Below, in pieces: positions 11,955-25,673 of a stretch of 64,000 bases of DNA. Origin of the DNA: Octopus sinensis. Lineage: Eukaryota. The notes below the pieces were generated by a model. That model was not told where the DNA came from. It worked only from the letters and a program-made list of their open reading frames with translations, and searched no databases. Within the stretch, counting starts at the first letter, position 1; each line of letters starts with the position of its first letter. The stretch is from assembly GCF_006345805.1 (NCBI RefSeq), contig NC_043007.1:3782001-3846000 (forward strand). Direction: 5' to 3'. A program made the position numbers and the translations under genes.

Positions 11955-12449
11955 GGTGTTGGTCTAATGCAAGCCCAATTTTACCTCTGGGAAGATATGA
12001 TCCATGATAATCTGGCCTCTGCCCTTTGATCTGTCCAGTATGGGAGGCTCTATCAGGACCTTGTGCTCTGCTGGCATAGCTTTTAGGGTTAATGAGGAAT
12101 GTCAGTCACCACACCACAATAAAGACTTGATCTTGTGGTATCAGAGAATGTATGGAACTTTGGTATCTTGCAGCTACCAACTGCCCCACCCGCTCCTTCT
12201 GGCAGGATGGTCATTTACTTCTTGTGAGACTAAAATCTGGAATTTCAGGGAAACAATGAATGTTTGTGTTGCTAATAATTAGTCAATAAGAAGGTTCGTA
12301 AAGGGATTTAATGGGGTTTATCAATAAGTTTAATGGCAGAGCAGAACAAAATTAACGTTTAGTGGAAATTAACATTATTGAACATGTTAATGTGGACATA
12401 TTAATGTGTTCATCGTGTTAATGTCCATTTTTCCATGCTTGCTTGGGGC

Positions 12450-13160
12450 AGATTGTGCTGGTATGGTCATGTGTTGCAGATGGATGAGGACAACTGTGTG
12501 AAAAGGTGACCGAGACCTTTGGAAATATGCGGTGCTTGAAAAGACCTGGTAAGCCAAGTGAGACCATAACCATGGCCTATGCCAGTGCTGTATAACCAGC
12601 CCATTTAAGAGCACCCTTCAATCGTTGGACAATAAACTATGCTTGCGAAGACCTGTTGAGGCATGTAAAATTGCTGTCATGGCCGATGACAGTACTGCCT
12701 GATTGGTACCCGTGCCAATGGAATGCTAGAAGTACCATTTGAACATGATCGTTGCCAAGGCCACTGACTGGTTCCTGTGCCGGTGGCACATAAAAAAAGC
12801 ACCGTTTGAGCATGGCCGATGCTAGTGCCACCTGAGTGGCTCCTGTGCCCGTGGCACATAAAAAGTACCATTCAAGCATGGTCATTGCTAGTGCTGCCTG
12901 ACTGGCTCCTGTGCTGGTGGCATGTAAAAAGCACCATTGAAGCATGGCTGATGCCAGTGCTGGCTGACTGGCACATAAAAAGCACCCACTACACTCATGG
13001 ATTGGTTGGCGTTAGGAAGGGCATCCAGCTGTAGAAACTTTGCCAGATCAGATTGGAGACTGGTGCAGCCTGCTGGCTTGCCGGCCCTCAGTCGAACCGT
13101 CCAGCCCATGCCAGCATGGAAAGCAGACGTTTAAAGATGATGATGATGATGATGATGATG
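12450..13160 (+). mobile_element. Internally deleted RTE 3' derivative with ~5 tandem units
   Basis: LCWYGHVLQMDEDNCVK joined to RDLWKYAVLEKTW*, followed by a diverged 3'UTR and (GAT)n. Confidence 0.8.
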
Positions 13161-13321
13161 AGCTTTATACAGCAAGATGCCCTTCCTGTTGCCAACACTC
13201 ACCAGTTTCCAAGGAAGGTAATATTTCCCCATGACCAGACATGTTTTCACAGTTTAGAAATGAAGAACATCACTTGTAAGGTGCTGTCACTAATTAACAG
13301 CTATCACCAGTATCAAGATAA

Positions 13322-13515
13322 GGACACTCAAAACACACACACACATATAATACACAACAAGGCTTCTTTCAGTTTCCATCTGCTAAATCCACTCACCAGA
13401 TGGTGTTCAACTTTTGGCTATAGTAGAAGACAATTGCCCAAAGTGTCACACAGTGGGACCGAACTTGAAACTATGTGATTGGGAAGCTGACACTTTAACC
13501 ATTCACCCATGGCTG
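13322..13515 (-). mobile_element. SINE family A, head and core
   Basis: Reverse complement of the ttgggcaagtgtcttctactatagc and gaaactgaaagaagcc blocks. Confidence 0.7.
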
Positions 13516-15810
13516 AATTTGTAATAGACTTTCAGAATCTCTGTGTCTGAAAAACAGAAAATTGAAAATCCTGTTGCAATCCTTTTGTAGGTCACTGGGT
13601 CACCACAAACAACTTGTCTCTTTCTATGTTGTTCTTGTAGCTCTCACTCAGCCCCAGGTCCAGCTTTAATCAAAAGAAGAATCTGTGGAATATTGATAAG
13701 TTCAAATGCCATAGGTGAAGGGGGTGGGGTGGGTAAAAATCTGACATTTACAGTCCTTGCTCATTAAAAGAGAGAAAAAAAAAATTGTTAAGAACAGTAA
13801 GAATTGAAGTAGATGAAACAGATGAAAAAGATGAAAAAGATGAACAAGATGAAAGGGATCAATCATCAAAAAGCATTCCAACCATAACCTTCTCGTCTTC
13901 AGAAATTATGAATATAGGTATGTGTCTATTATGTATGTATGTATGTATGTATGTATGTATGATGTATATGTATGTTGATGTGGGTATGATATACATACAT
14001 GTGTATGCGTGTTTGTGTGTGTGTGTGTGTGTGTGTGTGCGCGTGTGTGTGTGTGTGTGTGTCTGTGTGTGTATCATCTTCATCACAGTCATCATCATCT
14101 TTCATTGTCTGTTTTCCATGCTGGCATGGGTTGGATGGTTTGACAGGCGCTGGCCACTGAAGAGCTGCCTGTGTCACGAGTGGGATGATTTGTATGAGAT
14201 GATGTCATTAGAAAAAAACCAAAATTTCACTGAGATTTTAAGTATAATAATATTTGTTCTTATGATTAACAACTATTTGCTACTGTTACTCTGATTGAGA
14301 AAAGCTGCTTACATCAAGTAAGATTGTCCATGTTTTGTATGAGATCTTTTGTGGTTGAGGATGACAACAGCCATCACTATGTGTCTTTAGGACCTCAGTG
14401 ACCTGGCTGTGCTATTATCACCATTCTTTCAATCCGTTGCCATGATGCTATGACCAAGTGTGCACCACTACTTGGTCATTTTGTATTTTTTTAGTGGCTA
14501 AATATGTGGTTGATGTCCTTATCTGAAAAAATGCACCAAAGATGAAATTGTTCACCAAGATCCTGTTTACAAGAAGTCTGAGTGGTCAGCTTTTTAATGA
14601 CATTGACAATATTTGAGTGCATCACATTCATGCTGTATGATTGTTTTTTTTTCATCAGACACAGTGATCTAGATTTGATTTCTTGGTGCTTTTGGACAGC
14701 CTAATATTCCTGCTACCTTTATAAGATGTATGTAGATATAGTGCAGGTATATAATATGCATGATTATAAGTATAATGTATGTACAACATAATGTATGATC
14801 TATGCATGTATATAGATGTATTTATATATTATCTACATAAGTACGATATGTGTATGCATGTAGGATGTATATGTGTGTATGCTTGTATGTAGGTAAAAGG
14901 CAGGTAGGTTGGTGGGTGGGTATGTAGGTGGGTAGGTAGGTAGGTAGGTAGGTAGGTGGGTAGGTAGGTAGGTAGGTATGCACATGTTTATCTTTCGGCT
15001 GTGCAGTGTATATTAGTGAAAGATATAAAAATTTCATTGGAAACTGATAAAGAAATGATTTCAGAAAAATTTCATAGTAATAATTGCTCTGCCAAGATTC
15101 CAAAGATAATCCGTTGTCATTCTCATGATCGTAATACAACAAACCAGTGACAAAATTGGAAGCGTGTAACCAATGATAATATTATTTACAAAACATGACT
15201 TAAAATAAAAAAAAGAAGAGAGAAAGAGAGGAAAAGGGAGAGAGAGAGAGAGAGACAATGAGAGAGTGAGAGATAAGAGAATAAAGTGTGACAAGATCAT
15301 AGATGTTTTGTAATATTTTAACCGTATAAAAGTATCCTGGGAGTTCTCACTTGAGACAGTTTCTTTCAATGTCGTTTCATTATAACATTGACACAGTTTC
15401 CATCTGGTTTTATGCAAAAGGCTTGAGTCAGTAACATAGAAAAAGAAAAAAAGAAATAAACACTCGTAGGCAATGCCTGCACCCATTATGAACAATGTCT
15501 TTCCATTTTTCCTGAGAATTCTTGGAATAGAATATATATTTATGATTTCCTCCTTTCCTAATCGCTCTAAATAACCAAGCACTCTAAGTAGTGGGAGTTT
15601 TAATGACAAATCAAGTCTGTCGACGTTGCTGGGGTGGTTGGGGTGGTTAGGGTAATAATACTCAAATAAGCCAAAGTTTGCATAAACCACTTCTCTTGAT
15701 CAGTTCAAATGTCAAATGGCGTGGACAGTGGTGGTCGTGGTAGGGGGTTCAACAGGCCATAAATATTGCTTGTTTGGAAACCTTGGAATGTTTATGGAGG
15801 TATCAATATA

Positions 15811-16586
15811 TTGGGTTGTCCGGAAAGTTCGTGCCGATTTTTAAAGGAAAGAAAAAGGTCAATAAATACTTGCCATTACATTTTTAATCAACCAAATATG
15901 AACCATTTTGTTGCACAAGGCGTCTCCATATTTCCTTCAACTTGAAAATATCCTCTTCCCAGAATTGAGGTGGTTTCATGGCAAAGAATTCATCAAGGTA
16001 TCTTTTTACGTCATCCAAGGAATTGAAATGTTGACCATTAAGACTTATTCTGCAGAGACCTGAATAAGTGGAAATCCGAAGGAGCAATATCTGGTGAATA
16101 TGGAGGGTGGGGTAACACATCCCAGCCAAGATGCAGCAACTTTTGTTTGGTTCCCAAAGAAACATGCGGTCTTGCATTATCATGTTGGAAAACAACACCT
16201 TTGCTGTCGGCCAATTCTGGACGTTTCTCTTGAATTGCTGCTTTTAACTCGTCCAGTTGTGCGCAATATTTCTCAGAATTAATTGTCTGGTTACTTGAGA
16301 GAAGCTCATATTACAGAATTCTTTTCCAATCCCACCAGACACAAAGCAAGACTTTTTTAGTGTGAAGACCCGCTTTTGGGGTGGCTCATGTCGCTTACTC
16401 CAGGATTGCTTTCTCTGAACATTTCGGTAGATAATCCATTTCTCATTACCTGTCACAATTTGCTTTAAAAAATGTGCGTTTTCATTCCATTTATAAAGCA
16501 AATCACAGATGGAAATGCAATCCAAAAGGTTCTTCTCACTCAACTCATGTGGTACCCAAACACTGTAGCGATTTGTGTACCCAAGC
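15811..16586 (-). pseudogene. mariner (DD34D-type) transposase relic with intact 3' TIR
   Basis: WVPHEL, IVTG(N)EKWIIYRN, and C-terminal FNSLDDVKRYLDEFFAMK..KLKEIWRRLVQQNGSY; TA|ttgggttgtccggaaagttcgtgccgattt TIR; 5' part lost. Confidence 0.88.
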
Positions 16587-16594
16587 TTTACGAG

Positions 16595-16780
16595 GTGCTC
16601 TGATCTGGCAATGTTTTTACAGTTAGATGCCCTTCCTAACACCATCCACTCCGAGAGTGTAGTGGGTGCTTTTTATGTGCCACCAGCATAGGAGCCAGTC
16701 AGACAGCCCAGGTATCAATTACATTCGGATAGTGCTTTTTACGTACCATTGTTACAGGAGCCAGTCATGGGGTACTATGT
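16595..16780 (-). mobile_element. RTE 3'UTR fragment
   Basis: Reverse complement of the terminal motif plus two tandem units. Confidence 0.75.
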
Positions 16781-16805
16781 AAACTGGTTTTATTAACTGA
16801 ATTAT

Positions 16806-17306
16806 GTGACAAAAGACGGAAACTTCTGGAGATGTGCTGTGACTGCGAAGACCCAGAAAATAAAGTGAGTTCACAGCTGTAACCTACACCAGTGTCGCAT
16901 AACCAGCCCCAGCCCACTTAAAAGTACCTTGGATTGTAGGGCGCCATGCCATGCTTGAGGAGACCTATTGAGTCAAGTACATCAAAATGAAAATCAAATG
17001 AAAAATGTAGTTGTGATCCCTGTGCCAGTGGCACGTAAAAAGCACCAACTGTTTGTGGTCATTGCCAGTCTCCTCTGGCCCCTGTGCTGGTGGCACGTAA
17101 TAAGCACCCACCACAGTCTCAGAATGGTTGGCATTAGGAAGGGCATCCAGCTGTAGAACCACTGCCAGGTCAGACTGGAGCCTGGTGCAGCCTCCTGGCT
17201 TCCCATACCCCAGTCGAACCATCCAACCCATGCCAGCATGGAAAACGGACGTTAAACGATGACAACGACGACGAAGATGGTGATGATGATGATGATGATG
17301 ATGATG
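16806..17306 (+). mobile_element. RTE 3' end (ORF2 tip and 3'UTR), older subfamily
   Basis: gagacctattgagtcaagta, AAATC-like tract, 2 tandem units, terminal motif, GAT tail. Confidence 0.8.
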
Positions 17307-17876
17307 GGACGATTTGTGTGCTCATACTGCAGATTCCTGCTCATACTTCCAGACAAAAATTCACACGAGTCTCGGCTCGTACAGCAAATTACTCATACAA
17401 TGGGACACTCGCAATGCGAGGTTCTTCTACTGTATATGAATGAAATTTTATTACTGATCTAGAACAGAACATGGAGTACATTATTCAAGTATTTATGCCT
17501 AAGCAAAATAAATGCAGTTGGAAAAAAATTTCAAAAATGAAGCGACGGCTTTGGTGGTAAGCGTTTGTCACTTGACAAGCATTGGATTCCCTCGTGAGTC
17601 ATTCGTTTCCCTTCCCACTTTCTACCCTGGCTGCACGTAGTCCGGTTATAGATATGGAGGGGGATGGAGTTTTGTCTAGAACACATTACACACGGACATA
17701 AAATGTTTCCTGTTTCTCCACCACCACCACAACCACCACCACCACCACCACCACCCTGCGCAATCACCTTACACCATGAAATAAAGATTTAAGGGCTATT
17801 CAATACTTCTTTTCTATTTCCTTTACGTATGAATGTGTATGTGTATGTTTGTTTGTTTGTTTGTGTGTGTGTATGA

Positions 17877-17988
<112 letters not shown>

Positions 17989-18610
17989 TGAGTGAGTAAC
18001 ATGCAAGATTAGCCAAATAGAATGTGAGATATGACACTTTGTAATAACAGAAATCATTTCAATTTTTTACAAATGTGTTGTGGAGGTGCATGGGCACTTG
18101 CCAGCGCATTAAATGATGATAATGATGGTAATGATGATGATGATGAGGAGGAGGAGGAGGAAGAGGAGGAGGACGATCATCCTCATCATCATATCTATAT
18201 CTATCTGTGTGTGTGTGAGGGTTTTCAGTTTTTGTGGCAGGTTTTCTTTGGCTGGATGCCTTCCCTGTCACTTATCCTCACATGGTTCCAAGCAAGGCAA
18301 CATTTTTATCATTGCTGGACATATTTATGGATGGAAATACTGGGAATGGAGGACACTGCTTGTATGACGGTGACACTCGTTTACAACTGCCATGCCATGT
18401 AAAGACCAGGGGACAGAAGCATAAGCACAATACACACGCACACACATACACACACACACATATACATACACACACACATATTCATACACACACACACACA
18501 CACATATGTATATATATATATATACATACACACACATATATATATACATACACACACACACATATATACATATACATACACACACACACACACGTGTGTG
18601 TGTGTGTGTA

Positions 18611-19400
18611 TACTGAGGCATTGAAGGAGAGCTTGAAGAATGTGGGAATTGATCCAAAGGAAGTCTCACTGCAGATTACTCTGCCTGGCATTCAAAGTAC
18701 AGAATGGTGTGAAAACTTTTGAGCAAAAAAGGCTAATTACAGGTAAATGATAAGAGGAAAATAAGGAAAATAGAAACACAGCCATTAAGGGAGTATGAAC
18801 TTGGTGGAACTTTTTCTACTTTTCTATTTTGTGGCAAATCTGCCTATCTGAGATTGGTCTTATAAGAGCACATATTAGGGTATTTTCTTATTTCTTCATT
18901 GGCCACAAGGGGCTAAACATAGAGGGAACAAACAAGGACAGACAAACGGATTAAGTCAATTACATTGGCCCCAGTGCGTAACTGCTACTTAATTTATCGA
19001 CCCCGAAAGGATGAAAGGCAAAGTTGACCTCGGCGGAATTTGAACTCAGAACGGAATGGCAAACGAAATACCTATTTCTTTACTACCCACAAGGGGCTAA
19101 ACACAGACGAAATACCGCTAAGCATTTTGCCCGGCGTACTAACGCTTCTGCTAGCTCGGCACCTTAGGATAGGGTATTTTCTACTGATTGTGGAACATCA
19201 GTTTGCCCTTGTCAACCCCACATATGCCACAGGATCTGCAAGTCTCAAGTAGGCCTGAAGAAACATTCCAAGGTTCATCTAGACACCACAGGGAGTTCAA
19301 GCTGCAGGAAAACTTATGTGAAGTTTATGCAGATGTTGTTTTAAAAGTTTGTCTTGTTCGCAAAAGATCTCAAGCCAGACTTGAAGCGCCAAGCTTTTGT
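18611..19400 (+). pseudogene. Relic of a second RTE lineage (C2H2-ended ORF2), split by a SINE
   Basis: YTEALKESLKNVGIDP and ADYSAWHSKVQNGVKTFEQKR (cf. KDxLKxxLKxxGI..W..V..GV..FE..R); ICHRICKSQVGLKKHSKVH zinc finger near 19220-19290. Confidence 0.65.
18889..19166 (-). mobile_element. SINE family B containing a nested 34-bp family-B tail (19072-19105)
   Basis: Insert flanked by a 10-bp direct repeat aacgaaatac / gacgaaatac. Confidence 0.85.
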
Positions 19401-19486
19401 ATTGAGCAGACAACCCATCATATATATATATTGCAAGGTCTTTGGATATGTATTGACAACTTTGAACATTTGTTGATTCTGTTTAA

Positions 19487-19704
19487 CCCTTTTGTTACCG
19501 TATTTATTCTGAGATTCTCTGTTTCTTTCAATTACTTTAAATCGAACAAAGAATTTAGTAAAATAACTTAGTTATCATTAAGTTAGTGTTAGGAAAATTA
19601 ATTTTGACTAAGATTTGGTGGAAGATTTTAATTCGAAACTAATGAAAACAAAACATTTGTACTCGGATCCAGAGCCGGTTTCAGCCGGGTTGGTAATGAA
19701 AGGG
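19487..19704 (+). mobile_element. piggyBac-like MITE, copy 1
   Basis: TTAA|CCCTTTTGTTACC ... GGTAATGAAAGGG|TTAA. Confidence 0.8.
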
Positions 19705-19728
19705 TTAAAAATATCATGGTGACTTTAA

Positions 19729-19954
19729 CCCTTTTGTTACCATATTTCTGTTGAGATGCTCTATGTTTCTTTCAATTAATTTTAAAATATAACAAAGAAT
19801 TTAGTTATCAAATAACTTCGTTATCATTAAGCTAGTGTTAGGAACATAAATTGTGACTAAGGCTTGGTGGAAGATTTTAAATCAAAACTTATGAAAACAA
19901 AATATTTGTACTACAGAGCCAGAGATGGTTTCAGATGGGTTGGTATCGAAAGGG
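19729..19954 (+). mobile_element. piggyBac-like MITE, copy 2
   Basis: TTAA|CCCTTTTGTTACC ... GGTATCGAAAGGG|TTAA. Older relatives near 61370-61470 and 63190-63322. Confidence 0.8.
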
Positions 19955-20021
19955 TTAATGGAGCTTTGTTGTTGTTGCTGTTGTGGTTGTTGTTATTATA
20001 CTTCTTCTTCTTCTTCTTCTT

Positions 20022-20065
<44 letters not shown>

Positions 20066-20445
20066 TCTTCTGCTTCTTCTTCTTCTCCTCCTCCTCCTCT
20101 TCTCTTCCTCTTCATCCACCTCTTCTATTATAATTCCATTCCCCACCCCCGTCCCATTCCAGGACACATCATGAGAATATAAACCAGCCTCCCTGTTTAA
20201 CTGTTACTTTGTTTTACGAAAACTCCACCCCACCCACACTCCCAGAGGGTATAAAAGATTATATCAACCCCCCACAGAATTTGAACTCAGATCATTGAAG
20301 AACCATAACTACTTGCCATTCAACCGGGTTTTTGTTTCCTGAAGCTTTTAACAACTGCTACTGATGTTCTTTGATATAAGGGGATACACTGTTGCATGGA
20401 CATTGCCCTGGCAGGAACACACATATATATATACATACATATATA

Positions 20446-20715
20446 GGTGCAGGAGTGGCTGTGTGGTACATAGGTTGCTACCAATCACATAGTTCCGGGT
20501 TCAGTCCTACTGTGTGGCACTTTAGGCCAGTGTCTTCTACTATAGCCACAGGCTGACCAAAGCCTTGTAAATGGATTCGGTAGACGGAAAATGAAAGAAG
20601 CCCTTCATATATACATGTGCGTGTGTGTGTGTACGTACACGTTTGTGCGTCTGTGTTTGTCCCCCCCCCCAACCATCACTTGACAACTGATGATGGTGTG
20701 TTTACATCCCCATAA
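20446..20715 (+). mobile_element. SINE family A, 3'-truncated
   Basis: Head ggtgcaggagtggctgtgtggta, B box ggttcagtcc, core, internal TG repeat. Confidence 0.8.
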
Positions 20716-21673
20716 TCACTTGATAAATTCTAGTTTTCAGGTTTTGATAATACTTATCAAAACAGGAACTACAGGTTTATGAGCTGAGCAACGATTGGAT
20801 GAAATTTTTGCATTTCATTTCTTTCTTTCTCTCTTTCTTTGTTTCTTTGTTTTTCTTTCTCTCTCTTTTTCTTCTTCTGTCTTTCTTTCTTTCACTCTTT
20901 CTTCCTTTCTTCTTTTCTTTGTTTCTGTTTCTCTCTCTTTTTCTTTCTCTCTCTCTTTCTTTTTTTCTCTCTTTCTTTCTTTCCTCTTTTCTTTCTCTCT
21001 CTTTTTCTTTTCTCCTCTCTCTTTCTTTCTTTCCTCTTGTCTTTCTTTCTCTCTCTCTCTCTCTCTCTCTCCACCTCCCACCACTTCCTTCACTCTCACT
21101 AGATCTCGCCATTCCTGCTGCTGGTTCATGTGTGTCTGTGTATCAATGTATGTGTGTATGTGTGTGCATATGTGTGTATGTGTGTGTATGTGTGTGTGTG
21201 TGTGTGTGTGCATGTGTGTATGCTCATCCTTGTTCCTGCGTTGCATCCCTGCCGGTCGTTGTCCTTATCATTGCTGAATAGCCCTGTGTCAGACTTGATC
21301 GAGATGACCTATAATCAAGGACATTCCAGTCATGCCCATCCTGTCTTTTAGGAGCTACATGCGACTCAATAATCTAATGTGCCTTTTATTTAAGACAGTA
21401 GGGTGTGATCTGAGTGAGAATTAGCTGCTGTTTCTAGTTTGTTCAAGTGACCATCCAGAGCAATGTTTCTCATCAGTGGAGCTGTGGGGAGGGTCCTGTG
21501 TGGATTGAAGAGGGAACAGACAAACAGTCTTGTTTAATAAAACTGAAAAAGTTTTAAACTTTTTAAACTTGTGGCAGAGAAAGAAGAATTCCATGAATGC
21601 TGACTCAATTTTGATAGAAACTGGAGTGGAGAGTTTTGCTTAAGCTTTTGAATGTGGAAACCGAATACCTATC

Positions 21674-22066
21674 CTTTACTTGTTTCAGTCATTTGACTGT
21701 GGCCATGCTGGGGCACTGCTTTGAAGAGTTTTAGTCAAGTGAATCGACACTGGCCCTTTTTTTTTTTCTTTTTTTTGAAGCCTAATACTTATTCTATTAG
21801 TCTCTTTTACTGAACTGCTGAATCATGGGGATGTAAACACACCAACATTGATTGCCAAGCAGTGATGGGGGACAAATACAGCGACACCCCCCACACCCAC
21901 ACACATACATGCACACTTCAGTTTCCGTCTACCAAATCCACTCAAAAGGCTTTGGTTGGCCCAAGGCTATAGTAGAAGACACTTGCCCAAGGTGCAATGC
22001 AGTGGGACTGAACCTGGAACCATGTGGTTGAGAAGCTAGCTTCTGATCACACAGTCATGCCTGCAG
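21674..22066 (-). mobile_element. SINE family A, full length
   Basis: Colinear with the reverse complement of 50773-51185. Confidence 0.8.
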
Positions 22067-22089
22067 CTACAAACACACAAGATTTTATT

Positions 22090-22320
22090 TCCTATTTCTT
22101 TACTACCCACAAGGGGCTAAACACAGAGGGGACAAACAAGGACAGACAAACGCATTAAGTCAATTACATCGACTCCAGTGCGTAACTGGTACTTAATTTA
22201 TCGACCCTGAAAGGATGAAAGGCATCCTCAGTGGAATTTGAACTCAGAACGTAGCAGCAAATGAAATACGGCTACGCATTTCACCCGGTGTGCTAACAGT
22301 TCTGCCAGCTCACCGCCTTT
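22090..22320 (-). mobile_element. SINE family B, long tail
   Basis: Family consensus; TSD acaagattttatt. Confidence 0.85.
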
Positions 22321-23620
22321 ATTACAAGATTTTATTACCTTTAATTGCAGAAAGCGGTTTTACTCAACATCTTTGAAAAAAAAAACCCTTTTCTTATCCT
22401 GTGAGAAGCGGAGACAACAAAAGCCAATTTTTCACATTTTCTAAACTTTTTTCTCATACTTCAAATATTTCTTTACAAAACAGAAATGAAAGAATTTGTG
22501 TGGAAAAATGTATAAAACTACACAAAGGAAACGGTAAAAAAATATTGTAGAAAACATCAATTCTGATTTTTTGGTGGGTACTCACATAATTACAGGAATG
22601 ACCATGAAATTTAATTACACAAAGTTTTAGTATTTGAGGGGAGGGGGATAAGCATATTTTGAAAACCACTGATCTAGTGGTACCCTGGTTGCCTTGTGAC
22701 AGTCGGAGATAATGATAGCTGTTGTCCTGTTTGTTTGTTTATGATAGTTGCCATGGTTGCAATTGTAGTTTAGTAATGACAGCATGGGGGTGGGGGGGGT
22801 GTTTGTTGCTAGTAGTAATGATCTGGGGGCTGGTTGCTAATGGTAGGAGACGGCAGCAGTAGTAGTAGTGGTGGTGATGTTGTCTCCGTTATTGGTGGCC
22901 ATGGCTGGATTCATTAGAGTGGTGGTGGTGGTGTTTTGTGACAATTGGGGTTAAATTGGGAATAGTGACACAAGTGTGTGCTTGTGGTGGCCGTGGATGA
23001 GGTAGGGGTGCATCTGTGACGGTGACAATAGTGCCGGAAGTGGCGTTTGTGGTGGTGGTGGTGGCAGTGACAGATGTAGTAGTGGCAGTGGTGGTAGTGG
23101 TGGTGGTGGTGGTGGTGGTGGTGGTTGTGGTGGTGGTATATCCTAAGGCCAACCTAAGCCTTGTGAGTATATTTGGTAGATGGAAACTGAAAGAAGACTG
23201 TCGTGTGTGTGTGCGTGTGTGTTAATCTGTAGATTAAACATCATATCAGATCTGGAATATAAGTCATTATTCATCATTCTCTTCATTTCTAGTCTTGAAG
23301 GTCCTGTAAATGTTATGGGAGTTGACCAAGCCCCAACACCTCCGTCCCCACCCCCCAAATGGGTGTCTCTATGTTAAAATCATCAAAGGATAGGATTAAC
23401 TAATATTAACCCAATTATAAATGCAGTACTTAATTGGAGTCATGGGGCCAACATAGTTAATATAATAAACATCACAAACAGCTCTAATAACATCACCAGA
23501 ATAAAATTCAATCAGCTAATTAAGGTGGTGCTCCAGCATGACCACAGTCCAATGACTGAAACTAGTAAAAGGGTAAAAGAAGAAGATAAACTTAAACCTA
23601 TAATGAAAAGAAAAAAAAAA

Positions 23621-23788
23621 GGCGTAGGAGTGGCTGTGTGGTAAGTAGCTTGCTTATGAACCACATGGTTCCGAGTTCAGTCCCACTGCATGACACCTTG
23701 GGCAAGTGTCTTCTACTATAGCCTCAAGTCGACAAAGCCTTGTGAGTGGATTTGGTAGACAGAAACTGAAAGAAGACCATTGTATATA

Positions 23789-23827
<39 letters not shown>

Positions 23828-24062
23828 GTATGTGTGTGTGTATGTATGTTTGTGTGTCTATGTTTGTCACCCCAACATCGCTTGATAACTGATGCTGGTG
23901 TGTTTACATCCCTGTTACTTAGTGCTTTGGCAAAAGAGACTGATAGAATAAGTACTAGGCTTACAAGAGTAAGTCCTGGAGTCGATTTGCTCGACTAAAG
24001 ACAGTGCTCCAGCATGGCCACAGTTAAATGATTGAAACAAGTAAAAGAGTAAAAAGAGTAAA
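23621..24062 (+). mobile_element. SINE family A (tRNA head, CORE-like gcaccttgggcaagtg block, internal microsatellite, tail), full length
   Basis: All modules present; about 18 copies or fragments in the window. Confidence 0.88.
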
Positions 24063-25637
24063 GAATATTAATGTCAATGATAATGATTGTCAAAACAGGG
24101 AAGGGGTCAACTCCCAAATACAAACTAATTAAAAATTGAATGAGAGCATTTGCTGGTAACTATAGTAACAACTCCAAACATATTTCAGCATTATTAGACT
24201 TCCTCAGAGAAACATTGAATCATTGTCTTAACCACACTCGAAGAACACTAAATGTTTTGTGTTGATAACAGACAGGTGGAAGACACTGATTCCAGGATGG
24301 TGCTGAAATAATAAAGAATGGTATATGTAACTGGATATCAACAGATGTTTCGATATAAAGTTACAGAGTCTATTTTTGTGTGAGCGGGGTTTAAGTTCCC
24401 CCCTCTTCATTATTTTTAATATGCTCTGATTGTAATGGTTTCAGTTTGGGGTGAGGCAGCTAAAGACTCACCTTGTATTCTTCGTATTCCAGTAGAGAGA
24501 AACACAGGTAGATTTCTATTTTAAGGAGCCTTGTTGTAAGTTTTGTAAATTAACAGACATTATTCTCAAGAATTGAGGTTGGGGTGGGGGTTGGGGTGGG
24601 GTTAAGGGTGGGGGTAAGGGAATCTAATGACACAGAGACTGGCATCACAACAGTGCTAATGTTGTTGTTGTTGTTGTTGGTTGTTGTTGTTGTTGTCAAG
24701 CGTCAACTCAAGCAGATTTACGATTAAAGGTATTCTAGTATTCTAGTATAACCATCTTCTGTCTTATTAGAACACAGTGTATCTAGGACTACAACCAATC
24801 CGTGTTTCCTATTCTTTAAATTGCTGCTGGGTACCAAACCAGAAATTAGTAAGTCCTCATGCATTTCTGGAGTTAAATCATCCACAACTAAACTGTCCCC
24901 TTTTGTAATTTTCTGTCTCCCAGTAAAAAGAGAAAAGCATAAGGGGGTAAGGCAGAAACTCCCTTCCTCTGGGGTCACGAATGTAATGCCCTTTATATCC
25001 TTGTTCTTCTAAAATAGCATAGCTTACTTGGAGATTTGAGAGAGATTTGGTTGTTATTTCTAGCTTGCGTAACCATCTAGAGGCTCCCTTGTTGGATGGC
25101 AGAGCAAATAGAATTACAATAGCTTGTGGTGGTGGTAAGAGGAGCACATGTGTGGTGGTAAGAGGGCGATGGTTAGGTGGATGGTGACGATAAGTTGAAT
25201 AAGAGGAGGGAGGGGGAACAGAAGGACTGAGTGTCTGACAAGCTACTAAGTATGCGTGTGTGTACGCATGTGTGTGTTTGTGTGAGTGTGTGTGTGTTTG
25301 TGTGTGTGCGTGTGTGAGTGAGTGTGTGTATGTTTGTGTGTGAGTGTGTGTGTGTGAGTGTGTGTGTGTATGTGTGTGAATGTGTGTGTTTGTGTGTGTG
25401 TGTGTTTGGTGTGTGTGTGTTTGTGTGTGTGAGTGTTTGTATGTGAGTGAGTGTGTGTGTGTGTGTGTTTGTGTGTGTGTGTTTGTGTGTGTGTGTTTGT
25501 GTGTGTGTGTGCATGCGTGTGTGTGTGTGAGTGAGTGTGTGTATGTTTGTGTGTGAGTGTGTGTGTGAGTGTGTGAGTGTGTGTGTGTGTGTGCAAAAAG
25601 GTGAAAGAGTTATATGCTGTGGTCTTTGCATAACAGC

Positions 25638-25673
<36 letters not shown>

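Noticed and set aside
13754-13917. Plus-strand acidic exon candidate (DETDEKDEKDEQDE, donor ag|gtatgt)
   Set aside because: The acidic tract is a 9-bp tandem repeat, the donor is the start of a (TATG)n array, and the acceptor lacks a pyrimidine tract.
15061-15690. 209-aa minus-strand ORF
   Set aside because: Starts at a non-ATG codon, runs through CT and T-rich repeats, and has no domain motif.
17340-17440. WD40-like peptide SLGSYSKLLIQWDTRN
   Set aside because: All three plus frames are open here, there is no good donor, and a single weak motif is insufficient.
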